24,000 nt of DNA from Bacteroidota bacterium (GTDB lineage: Bacteria > Bacteroidota > Ignavibacteria > Ignavibacteriales > Ignavibacteriaceae). Positions 1 to 8,170 of this stretch are shown here, one piece after another. The notes under the pieces are model-generated. The model was not told the origin of the DNA and searched no databases. It saw only the letters and a list, made by a program, of their open reading frames with translations. Every line of letters starts with the position of its first letter. Positions within the stretch are counted from its first letter, which is position 1. The stretch spans positions 15,770 to 39,769 of the forward strand of contig JADFPP010000020.1 in the NCBI GenBank assembly GCA_022562275.1. The letters run 5' to 3'. The position numbers and the translations under genes were made by a program.

Positions 1-2
1 CA

Positions 3-968
3 ATAGTACTCGGTAATACAATGATACTTAAACCATCAGAACTAGTTCCGTTAAGCGCAAACAGAATTGCAGAACTATTACGAGATGCCGGATTACCGAG
101 GGGAGTTTTTAATGTTGTTCATGGTGCACAGGAAGCGGTGGAAGCTATTTGCGATCATCCTGATATCGATGCAGTTTCGTTTGTTGGTTCAACGCGTGTT
201 GCTAAAATCGTTTATAAAAGAGCAGCTTCAAATTTAAAACGAGTAATTGCTCTCGGTGGCGCGAAAAATCATCTTATCGTTCTGCCCGATGCAAATGTTG
301 CCATGACGGCATCCAACGTTGCTGCTTCAATGTCCGGATGTGCCGGTCAGCGGTGTATGGCAGCATCTGCAATGGTTGCGGTTGGAAACGTTGATAACAT
401 AATCGAAAAAATTTGTGAAGAAGCACGTAAAATTATTCCCGGTAAAAATCTGGGTGCAATAATCTCAGCAAAGGCAAAAGAAAGAATTGAAAACTACATT
501 ACAGAAGCTGAGAATGACGGAGCAAAAATATTGGTTGATGGGAGAAATTGTAAAGTTGAAGGAAAGGAAAACGGATTTTATGTTGGCCCAACCGTTATCG
601 ATTATGTTAGACCTGATATGAAAATTGCTAAAGAAGAAGTTTTCGGTCCGGTACTTTCAATAATGAGAGCTGAGAATATAGATGAAGCGATTAAAATTGA
701 GAACAGTTCCGATTATGGAAACGCAGCTGCTGTATTTACACAGAGCGGAGGACTTGCCCGCTATGTTGCTGATCGTGCAAGTGCGGGAATGATTGGTGTA
801 AACATAGGTGTTCCCGTACCGAGAGAACCGTTTTCATTCGGCGGGTGGAATGATTCAAGATTTGGTGTTGGTGATATTACCGGAAAGAGTTCGATACAAT
901 TCTGGACGAAGTTGAAAAAGATAACAACTAAATGGAATCCTGAATCACAGGTAAATTGGATGAGTTAA
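3..968 (+). CDS. mmsA: Methylmalonate-/malonate-semialdehyde dehydrogenase (CoA-acylating), 5' truncated by window edge
   Basis: The reading frame is open upstream of the listed ATG at 21 (IVLGNTMILKPSE...). Contains the ALDH segments FVGSTRVAK, GGAKNHLIVLPDA and GCAGQRCMAAS (catalytic Cys), and EEVFGPVLS. The MMSDH-type GQRCMA context and its position in a pyrimidine-degradation cluster support the subfamily. Confidence 0.9.
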   Translation: MVLGNTMILKPSELVPLSANRIAELLRDAGLPRGVFNVVHGAQEAVEAICDHPDIDAVSFVGSTRVAKIVYKRAASNLKRVIALGGAKNHLIVLPDANVAMTASNVAASMSGCAGQRCMAASAMVAVGNVDNIIEKICEEARKIIPGKNLGAIISAKAKERIENYITEAENDGAKILVDGRNCKVEGKENGFYVGPTVIDYVRPDMKIAKEEVFGPVLSIMRAENIDEAIKIENSSDYGNAAAVFTQSGGLARYVADRASAGMIGVNIGVPVPREPFSFGGWNDSRFGVGDITGKSSIQFWTKLKKITTKWNPESQVNWMS

Positions 969-990
969 ATTAGATGTTTTAGTAGCTAAT

Positions 991-1098
991 GTCATTCTGA
1001 TCCCGACATGCCTGCAGTAAACAGGATTATCGGGAGAAGAATCTTTTTTACTATTTCACGAAAAGAACCTTTGTTAAGTAAATTGGACTCAGAATGAC
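991..1098. repeat. Small intergenic element bounded by a 10-bp perfect inverted repeat (GTCATTCTGA ... TCAGAATGAC)
   Basis: Direct reading: GTCATTCTGA at 991-1000 and its reverse complement TCAGAATGAC at 1089-1098, in the gap between mmsA and the beta-ureidopropionase gene. Confidence 0.5.
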
Positions 1099-1137
1099 AA
1101 AGGAGAGAATAAATAATCAAACTGAAAAGGAAACATA

Positions 1138-2007
1138 ATGAGCAAAATAGTTCGGGGAGGATTAATCCAGGCATCACTTACTGGATCAACTGAAGACCCG
1201 ATTGAAAAAATAAAACAGGCAATGATAGAAAAACATCTGAAGATGATTGATGATGCCGCAAAGGATAATGTTCAGATACTTTGTCTTCAGGAACTTTTTT
1301 ACGGACCATATTTTTGCGCAGAGCAAAAAACAAAATGGTATGCGATGGTAGAAAAAGTTCCGGATGGACCAACAACAAAACTTATGCAAGAAGTTGCTAA
1401 AAAACATAATATGGTTTTAATTGTTCCGGTTTATGAAGAAGAAATGACGGGAGTTTTTTACAACACTGCAGCCGTGATTGATGCCGACGGAAAATATTTA
1501 GGAAAGTATCGCAAACATCATATTCCTCATTGCGAACCGGGTTTTTGGGAAAAGTTTTACTTCAAACCGGGTAATCTTGGATTTCCCGTTTTCAAAACTG
1601 CTTACGCTAATGTTGGAGTATATATTTGTTACGATAGACATTTCCCCGAAGGCGCCCGTGCACTTGGACTAAACGGAGCAGAAATAATCTTCAACCCTTC
1701 GGCTACTGTTGCCGGATTATCTGAATACTTATGGGAACTTGAGCAGCCGGCACATGCTGTTGCCAACGGATATTTTGTCGGTGCTATAAACAGGGTTGGA
1801 AAAGAAGGACCCTGGAATATTGGTGAGTTTTATGGAAGCAGTTATTTCTGTTCGCCGCGGGGAAAAATAATTGTAAAGGCAAGCCGCGATAAAGATGAAC
1901 TTGTTGTTGCCGACCTTAATTTGGATGAAATACAGGAGGTAAGAAGCGTTTGGCAGTTCTACCGCGACCGCCGTCCGGAGACATATAGCGATCTGGTAAA
2001 TATTTAA
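1138..2007 (+). CDS. Beta-ureidopropionase (N-carbamoyl-beta-alanine amidohydrolase), nitrilase superfamily
   Basis: Nitrilase catalytic triad contexts: LQELF (Glu), KYRKHHIP (Lys), YICYDRHFPEGAR (Cys). Genomic context with preTA and hydA. Confidence 0.92.
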   Translation: MSKIVRGGLIQASLTGSTEDPIEKIKQAMIEKHLKMIDDAAKDNVQILCLQELFYGPYFCAEQKTKWYAMVEKVPDGPTTKLMQEVAKKHNMVLIVPVYEEEMTGVFYNTAAVIDADGKYLGKYRKHHIPHCEPGFWEKFYFKPGNLGFPVFKTAYANVGVYICYDRHFPEGARALGLNGAEIIFNPSATVAGLSEYLWELEQPAHAVANGYFVGAINRVGKEGPWNIGEFYGSSYFCSPRGKIIVKASRDKDELVVADLNLDEIQEVRSVWQFYRDRRPETYSDLVNI

Positions 2008-2030
2008 AAATCATTTAAGGAAATTCTCTT

Positions 2031-3341
2031 ATGAGTGAAGTAAATATTAATGAGGTAAAAAAGATCAGTTCGGAAGATATTCATGCAAAGCATAAAGAAT
2101 ATTTGTTTCCGAGTGTAGCAAATTATTATAAAGAACCACTTGCTATCGATCACGCAGATGGATTGTATGTGTATGATCCTGAAGGTAATAAATATCTCGA
2201 TTTTTTCGGAGGCATTTTAACTGTTAGTGTCGGTCATTGCAATCCGAAAGTAACAAGCAAAATAAAAGAGCAGGTTGATAAACTTCAGCATACTTCAACA
2301 CTTTATCCGAACGAAAAGATTGTTGCCCTGGCAGAAAAACTTGCTGAGATTACTCCCGGTGAATTAAAGAAAAGCTTCTTTACTACCAGTGGAACAGAAG
2401 CTGATGAAACAGCAGTGTTTTTAGCAAAACACTTTACCGGTAACCAGGAAATTATTGCGTTGCGCCACAGCTACCATGGTCGTTCATTACTAGCGATGAG
2501 TATGACCGGTCATGCACTGTGGCGTCATGGCGGAACACATCTTCCGGGAATTAAACACGCTGTAAGTCCGTATTGTTACAGGTGTCCGTTCTCCCTTGAA
2601 TATCCAAGCTGTGAATTGAAGTGTGCACAGGATATTGAAGAATTGATAATGACTACAACAAGCGGAGAGATTGCCGGATTTATTGCAGAACCAATTCAAG
2701 GTGTTGGTGGATTTATTACTCCGCCTAAAGAATATTTTCAGGTTGCTGTTCCCATCATTAAAAAATACGGCGGCGTTTTTATTTGCGATGAAGTGCAAAC
2801 CGGATTCGGACGCACAGGCAAAAGGATGTTCGGAATTGAACATTGGGAAGTTGAACCGGATATTTTAACTGCCGCAAAAGGTATTGCTAACGGCGCTCCT
2901 CTTGGTGTAACAGTTGCCAGAACAGATATTGCCGATAGCTTTACCGGTTTAACAATTTCAACTTTCGGAGGAAATCCAGTATCGATGGCTGCAGCTCTTG
3001 CAACAATTGAAGTTATAGAAGAAGAAAATCTTGCTGAAAACGCTTATGTAGTAGGACAACATTTAAGAGACGGATTGGAAGACCTGCAAAAAAAATACCC
3101 ATCAATTGGTGATGTTAGAGGAATGGGCTTAATGCAGGCGTGTGAATTTGTAAAGGAAGATAAAGTTCCCGATAGTGAGCTTGTCGGAAAACTTTTTGAA
3201 GAAATGAAAAAGCAAGGTGTATTAATTGGCAAAGGCGGATTGTACGGAAATGTTGTTCGGATTTCGCCACCGCTTACTGTAACTAAAAGTGAAGTTGATG
3301 ATTTTATTGGAGCTATGGATAGTTCATTAAGCAGATGTTAA
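2031..3341 (+). CDS. Class III PLP aminotransferase (AGXT2 / beta-alanine aminotransferase-like)
   Basis: Class III hallmarks: GTEADETAVFLA, HSYHGRS, ICDEVQTGFGRTGKMFG-like, AAKGIANGAPLGV (PLP lysine). Located in the pyrimidine catabolism cluster. Confidence 0.88.
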   Translation: MSEVNINEVKKISSEDIHAKHKEYLFPSVANYYKEPLAIDHADGLYVYDPEGNKYLDFFGGILTVSVGHCNPKVTSKIKEQVDKLQHTSTLYPNEKIVALAEKLAEITPGELKKSFFTTSGTEADETAVFLAKHFTGNQEIIALRHSYHGRSLLAMSMTGHALWRHGGTHLPGIKHAVSPYCYRCPFSLEYPSCELKCAQDIEELIMTTTSGEIAGFIAEPIQGVGGFITPPKEYFQVAVPIIKKYGGVFICDEVQTGFGRTGKRMFGIEHWEVEPDILTAAKGIANGAPLGVTVARTDIADSFTGLTISTFGGNPVSMAAALATIEVIEEENLAENAYVVGQHLRDGLEDLQKKYPSIGDVRGMGLMQACEFVKEDKVPDSELVGKLFEEMKKQGVLIGKGGLYGNVVRISPPLTVTKSEVDDFIGAMDSSLSRC

Positions 3342-3551
3342 AGAAGGATATATGGAGATTCCTTCTGAATTAAAAATCCTGATGGTCAAGTCTAAATATT
3401 ATTTAAAAAGATTCTTTCAGAATGCCAGAGTAGGATTATTAAGAATATTTAGAAACTCAGAATCCAAATGTCAGCCAGTAGGAATCTTGTTTTCTGAATT
3501 TAGAATTAATAAGAGGTTCAATTTTAATGAATAAAAACAAAGAAGCTTCAT

Positions 3552-4901
3552 ATGAATTTAGCAGATAAGCTTACACAAGAAGAATACAAAAAAAACTTCG
3601 AAGAACTTGTTTCTCCTTTCACAAACAACTCAGCAGTTACGGAAGCTAACCGCTGTTTATATTGTTATGATTCGCCGTGTATGAAAGCTTGCCCGACACA
3701 CATTGATATTTCAACATTCATAAAAAAAATTGCGACGGGTAACCTTATTGGTTCGGCAAAAACAATTTTTTATTCAAATTGGATTGCATTAACCTGTGCT
3801 AAATCTTGCCCGGTAGAGGACCTTTGCGAAGGCGCTTGTGTTTATGTTGAAAAGGGTGAAAAGCCGATTGAGATAGGACGCTTGCAAAGGTTTGCAATAG
3901 ATGAGTACTTCTCATCAGGAATGCCGAAGTTATTTAATTCTAAACCAAAAAATGGTAAGTCTGTGGGAATAATTGGTTCGGGTCCCGCAAGTTTAGCATG
4001 CGGCGCCGAATTATCTTTACTGGGTTATGATGCTCATATTTACGAATCGAATGAAGTTCCCGGTGGATTAAGTACATGGGGAATAGCGCCATATAAAATG
4101 AGCAAAGCGGATAGCTTAAAAGAAGTTGAAATGATAAAAGGACTAGGTGTTAGTATTCAAACAGGTGTAACGGTCGGTGAAACAATTTCAGTTGAAGAAT
4201 TGTTTGATAAACACGATGCTTTATTTATTGGAATTGGATTAGGGGAAAGCGGAAGGTTGAGCATTACGGGTGAAGATCTCGAAGGAGTTATAGGTGCTTT
4301 AAAGTTTATAGAAAATGTAAAAGAAGAAAACTGGAGCTCGGTAAATGTTGGAGGGCACGTTGCAGTTATTGGTGCCGGTAACACTTCGATTGATGCGGCT
4401 ACTGAAGCGAAACGACTCGGTGCAGAAGAAGTGATGATAGTTTACAGAAGATCGGAATCGGAAATGCCCGCTAATGATTGGGAATATCGTTTGGCAAAAG
4501 ACGATGGAATCATCTTCCGCTTTTTAACTTCACCCATTGAAATTATTGGCAATAAAAGTGTTGAGGGTATTAAATGCATAAAGAACAAATTGAGCGAACC
4601 AGATAAGCAAGGCAGGAAAAAACCTGTGCCTATTCCCAATTCAGAATTTGAAATTCCTGTTGATATGGTTATTTATGCTCTCGGGCAGCAGCCAAAGTTA
4701 AAATTTATTAATTCTATTCCCGATCTTAAAATCGAAAACAACAAAGTTTTAGTTAACAATGGAACTTTTCAAACGAGTAATCCGAAAGTATTTGCAGGCG
4801 GCGATTGCATAAACGGCGGTAAGGAAGTAGTTAATGCAGCTTACGATGGTAAGCAGGCTGCACACGGAATTGATAAGTATTTATTAAGTAACAAAGATTA
4901 A
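3552..4901 (+). CDS. preT: NAD(P)-dependent dihydropyrimidine dehydrogenase, PreT-like flavin/Fe-S subunit
   Basis: N-terminal CLYCYDSPCMKACP and CAKSCPVEDLCEGAC Fe-S cysteines, FAD/NAD Rossmann motifs GIIGSGPASLACG and AVIGAGNTSIDAA. Immediately upstream of preA. Confidence 0.93.
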   Translation: MNLADKLTQEEYKKNFEELVSPFTNNSAVTEANRCLYCYDSPCMKACPTHIDISTFIKKIATGNLIGSAKTIFYSNWIALTCAKSCPVEDLCEGACVYVEKGEKPIEIGRLQRFAIDEYFSSGMPKLFNSKPKNGKSVGIIGSGPASLACGAELSLLGYDAHIYESNEVPGGLSTWGIAPYKMSKADSLKEVEMIKGLGVSIQTGVTVGETISVEELFDKHDALFIGIGLGESGRLSITGEDLEGVIGALKFIENVKEENWSSVNVGGHVAVIGAGNTSIDAATEAKRLGAEEVMIVYRRSESEMPANDWEYRLAKDDGIIFRFLTSPIEIIGNKSVEGIKCIKNKLSEPDKQGRKKPVPIPNSEFEIPVDMVIYALGQQPKLKFINSIPDLKIENNKVLVNNGTFQTSNPKVFAGGDCINGGKEVVNAAYDGKQAAHGIDKYLLSNKD

Positions 4902-5026
4902 TTCGCCATTCAGCAGGAATCCTGTTAACTAAACTGTGAACGATTGCATAAGGAATAAAAAGATTCTTTTTGAATGACAGTAATTATTTACAACGAAATT
5001 AAAATTTATAATGAATGAGGAAATAA

Positions 5027-6346
5027 ATGATTGACCTATCAATTGATTGCGGTGGTATAAAATCGCCAAACCCCTTTTGGCTGGCCTCTGCACCACCTTC
5101 AAACTCTGCTTATCAGAACTGCAAAGCGTTTGAGCAGGGTTGGGGTGGGACGGTTTGGAAAACAATTGGTGAACCTGTTATGAATGTTTCCAACCGTTAC
5201 GGCGGATTAGATTACAGTGGCGAAAAATTAATTGGATTGAACAATGTTGAACTTATCAGCGATCGCCCAATCGAAACTAATTTAAAAGAAATTGCGGAAA
5301 CAAAAAAGTTATGGCCCGATCGCGCTGTTGTTGTTTCGATAATGGTTGAATCGAAAAAAGAAGTATGGCACGATATTGTTAAACGCACAATTGATACAGG
5401 TGCGGATGGGATTGAATTAAATTACGGATGTCCGCACGGAATGAGTGAAAGAGGTATGGGCGCTGCTGTAGGTCAGGTTCCTGAATATTGTAAAATGATA
5501 ACTGAATGGGTAACAGAAGTTTCAACAATTCCTGTGCTTGTTAAGCTTACACCAAATGTAACTGATATACGCTTTCCAGCACGTGCAGCTAAAGCAGCAA
5601 ACGCAGACGGTTTAGCATTGATAAATACTATTAACAGTATAATAGGAATTGATCTCGACACATTAAAAATTCAACCGACTATTGCCGGTAAAAGCAGTCA
5701 TGGTGGTTTTGCCGGTCCTGCTGTAAAACCAATCGCTCTTCATCACTTATCACAAATAGCAAAAGACAGTGAAATAAATCTTCCTATTTCCGGTATCGGC
5801 GGCATCAGCACATGGCAGGATGCCGCTGAGTTTATTTTACTCGGTTCAACAAGTGTGCAGTTATGCACTGTCGTAATGCATTACGGTTTTAGAATAATTG
5901 ATGACCTCGTTGAAGGATTAACAAACTGGATGGAATCGAAAGGATTTTTATCTATTGATGATTTCAAAGGTAAAGCTTTAGAACAAATTGAAGACTTCGG
6001 TAATTTTAATCTCTTGCATAAAACCGTTGCACGAATAGATCAATCAACTTGTATTCACTGTAATTTGTGTTATGTTGCCTGCGAAGATGGTGCTCATCAG
6101 TGTATAGATTTAACTCCTGAAAACGGAAACTATAAAACTGAAGTAAGAGAAGAAGATTGTGTTGGCTGTTGTTTGTGTTCATTAGTGTGTCCTGTTGAAG
6201 GTTGTATTTCTATGATAAGGGTCGATGATGAATCTGAATCAAAATCGTGGAATGAATTGATGGCTGATTTTGAGAAGGAAGGTAAGGAACCAAGCTGGCA
6301 AAATCTTGAAGAATTTAAAAAGAAACATGGAATTGTAATACACTAA
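5027..6346 (+). CDS. preA: NAD(P)-dependent dihydropyrimidine dehydrogenase catalytic subunit PreA
   Basis: DHOD-like barrel (IKSPNPFWLASAPP, ELNYGCPHGM, PVLVKLTPN) with C-terminal 2x[4Fe-4S] domain CIHCNLCYVACED / CVGCCLCSLVCPVEGC. Confidence 0.95.
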   Translation: MIDLSIDCGGIKSPNPFWLASAPPSNSAYQNCKAFEQGWGGTVWKTIGEPVMNVSNRYGGLDYSGEKLIGLNNVELISDRPIETNLKEIAETKKLWPDRAVVVSIMVESKKEVWHDIVKRTIDTGADGIELNYGCPHGMSERGMGAAVGQVPEYCKMITEWVTEVSTIPVLVKLTPNVTDIRFPARAAKAANADGLALINTINSIIGIDLDTLKIQPTIAGKSSHGGFAGPAVKPIALHHLSQIAKDSEINLPISGIGGISTWQDAAEFILLGSTSVQLCTVVMHYGFRIIDDLVEGLTNWMESKGFLSIDDFKGKALEQIEDFGNFNLLHKTVARIDQSTCIHCNLCYVACEDGAHQCIDLTPENGNYKTEVREEDCVGCCLCSLVCPVEGCISMIRVDDESESKSWNELMADFEKEGKEPSWQNLEEFKKKHGIVIH

Positions 6347-6382
6347 AATTTACTTATCAATAATTTTATTGTTTATGAATTG

Positions 6383-6402
6383 CCACGACTTTTAAGTCGT
6401 GG
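6383..6402. repeat. REP-like hairpin CCACGACTT-tt-AAGTCGTGG
   Basis: Perfect 9-bp stem with 2-nt loop, preceded by GAATTG. The same stem occurs inverted at 8003-8022. Confidence 0.75.
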
Positions 6403-6430
6403 GTAAATTGAATTGCTTCCTAAAAGAGTA

Positions 6431-6466
6431 AACCGTTTCTCCGAACGAGTCCTTTGGACAACGGTT
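6431..6466. repeat. Second imperfect hairpin region (AACCGTT ... GTCCtttGGAC ... AACGGTT)
   Basis: 7-bp inverted repeat at 6431-6437 / 6460-6466 enclosing a GTCC/GGAC stem at 6449-6452 / 6456-6459, 28 nt after the REP-like hairpin. Confidence 0.45.
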
Positions 6467-6555
6467 TTAAGACTTAGTGGTTATAAGTGAAAACTAAAAG
6501 TATATCATACAAGAATTTAATAAGTATTATTACTAAAAAATAATATGGTGAAACT

Positions 6556-7944
6556 ATGTCAACATTAATAAAAAACGGTCGCATTATTACTGCGGAACAG
6601 GATTATATAGCAGACATCTACATCGAAAAAGATAAAGTAACACTAATTGGGGAGAACTTAAAAAATCAAGCCGATAAAGTAATTGATGCAAAAAACAAAT
6701 ACGTAATTCCCGGAGGCATTGATGTTCACACTCATCTTGATATGCCGTTCGGAGGAACAACCTCGATTGATGATTTTGAATCCGGAACAAAAGCCGCTGC
6801 ATTTGGCGGTACGACGTGCCTTATAGATTTTGCAATTCAGGCAAAGGGAACACGAATTAGAGATGCGCTTGATATTTGGTGGGAAAAAGCTCAAGGTAAA
6901 GCCACTATTGATTATGGACTGCATATGATTATAACTGACCTGCCGGATGCGCATATGGAGGACATGAGTGATATGGTTAATGAAGGTGTAACAAGTTTTA
7001 AACTCTTTATGGCTTATCCCGATGTGCTGATGGTAGATGATGCAACTATTTATAAGACTATGAAACATACATCAAAAACAGGTGCACTGGTTTGTATGCA
7101 TGCTGAAAACGGAAGTGTAATAGATCTTATTGTGCAGAAAGCACTTGCCGAAGGAAAAACAGCACCAATTTATCATGCACTTACCCGCCCAACTACTGCT
7201 GAGGGCGAAGCTGTGAACAGATCAATTGCTCTCGCTGAAATGGCTGGAGCCCCCGTATACATTGTTCACCTATCATCAAATGATGCACTTGAGAAAGTTG
7301 CCGAAGCAAGAGACAGGGGCTTGCCTGTTTATGCAGAAACTTGTCCACAGTATCTTTTTCTTTCTTTGGATGATATGGGCAAAGACGGCTTTGAAGATGC
7401 CAAACTTGTATTCACTCCGCCGCTGCGGGAAAAATGGCATCAGGATAAGTTGTGGGCAGGACTTCAAAAAAATACTTTGCAGATAGTTTCAACAGATCAT
7501 TGTCCGTTCTGTTATAAAGAGCAGAAAGAACTTGGCATTGATGATTTCACAAAAATTCCAAATGGGGGACCGGGTATTGAACATCGTTTGCAATTACTTT
7601 TTGAAGGTGGCGTAAACGAAGGAAGATTTTCAGTAAACAGATGGGTTGAGCTAATTTCAACTTCCCCGGCAAAAATGTTTGGGCTATATCCACGCAAAGG
7701 TACTATTGCCGTTGGTTCCGATGCCGATATTGTTATCTGGGATCCGGAATTCGAGCACACTATATCTGTTCATTCGCATCATATGCGCGTAGACTATTCA
7801 ATGTTTGAAGGAAAGAAAATAAAAGGTAATGCTGAGACAGTACTTTCCCGCGGTGAAGTAATTGTAGAAAATAAAAAATTCCTGGGTAAAACCGGAAGAG
7901 GAAATTTTTTGAAGAGAGATGCTTACGCCGGTGCGTGGGATTAA
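6556..7944 (+). CDS. hydA: Dihydropyrimidinase / D-hydantoinase
   Basis: Amidohydrolase motifs GGIDVHTHLDMPFGG, GVTSFKLFMAY (carbamylated Lys), HAENG, STDHCPF, and a C-terminal GTIAVGSDADIVIWDP. Located with preTA. Confidence 0.94.
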   Translation: MSTLIKNGRIITAEQDYIADIYIEKDKVTLIGENLKNQADKVIDAKNKYVIPGGIDVHTHLDMPFGGTTSIDDFESGTKAAAFGGTTCLIDFAIQAKGTRIRDALDIWWEKAQGKATIDYGLHMIITDLPDAHMEDMSDMVNEGVTSFKLFMAYPDVLMVDDATIYKTMKHTSKTGALVCMHAENGSVIDLIVQKALAEGKTAPIYHALTRPTTAEGEAVNRSIALAEMAGAPVYIVHLSSNDALEKVAEARDRGLPVYAETCPQYLFLSLDDMGKDGFEDAKLVFTPPLREKWHQDKLWAGLQKNTLQIVSTDHCPFCYKEQKELGIDDFTKIPNGGPGIEHRLQLLFEGGVNEGRFSVNRWVELISTSPAKMFGLYPRKGTIAVGSDADIVIWDPEFEHTISVHSHHMRVDYSMFEGKKIKGNAETVLSRGEVIVENKKFLGKTGRGNFLKRDAYAGAWD

Positions 7945-7996
7945 ATAAATAGTTTTTTTACTATTTGGGCTAAAGCCCGTTCATTCAATTGTTATT

Positions 7997-8087
7997 ATAC
8001 TCCCACGACTTAAAAGTCGTGGCTATTCAAAGTCAACTATCAAATTAAATTATGATGAATTGCCCCGTCCTTCAGGACGGGGAGTAT
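7997..8087. repeat. REPIN-like doublet: two inverted hairpins bounded by ATACTCCC / GGGAGTAT
   Basis: Hairpin 1 CCACGACTT-aa-AAGTCGTGG (8003-8022). Hairpin 2 CCCCGTCCT-tc-AGGACGGGG (8063-8082) in opposite orientation (flanks ctattc / gaattg). Outer 8-bp inverted repeat at 7997-8004 / 8080-8087. Confidence 0.75.
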
Positions 8088-8170
8088 AGAATTTCTAGAA
8101 ACTAATTCGGGTTTTAACCCAACATCTTATCAATCTATTATCGATCAAAAAGTAATACTATTTAAAAAAG

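Noticed and set aside
992-1177. 61-aa minus-strand ORF
   Set aside because: Covers the intergenic inverted-repeat element and the start of the beta-ureidopropionase gene. No protein-like motifs.
2578-2640. Cysteine-rich insert YCYRCPFSLEYPSCELKC in the aminotransferase as a possible metal site
   Set aside because: A similar YRCPF...Y..C...C segment is, to my recollection, common in class III aminotransferases, so not unusual.
3352-3534. 60-aa + strand ORF between the aminotransferase and preT genes
   Set aside because: Composition looks like translated repeat/intergenic DNA, with no recognisable domain. Treated as non-coding.
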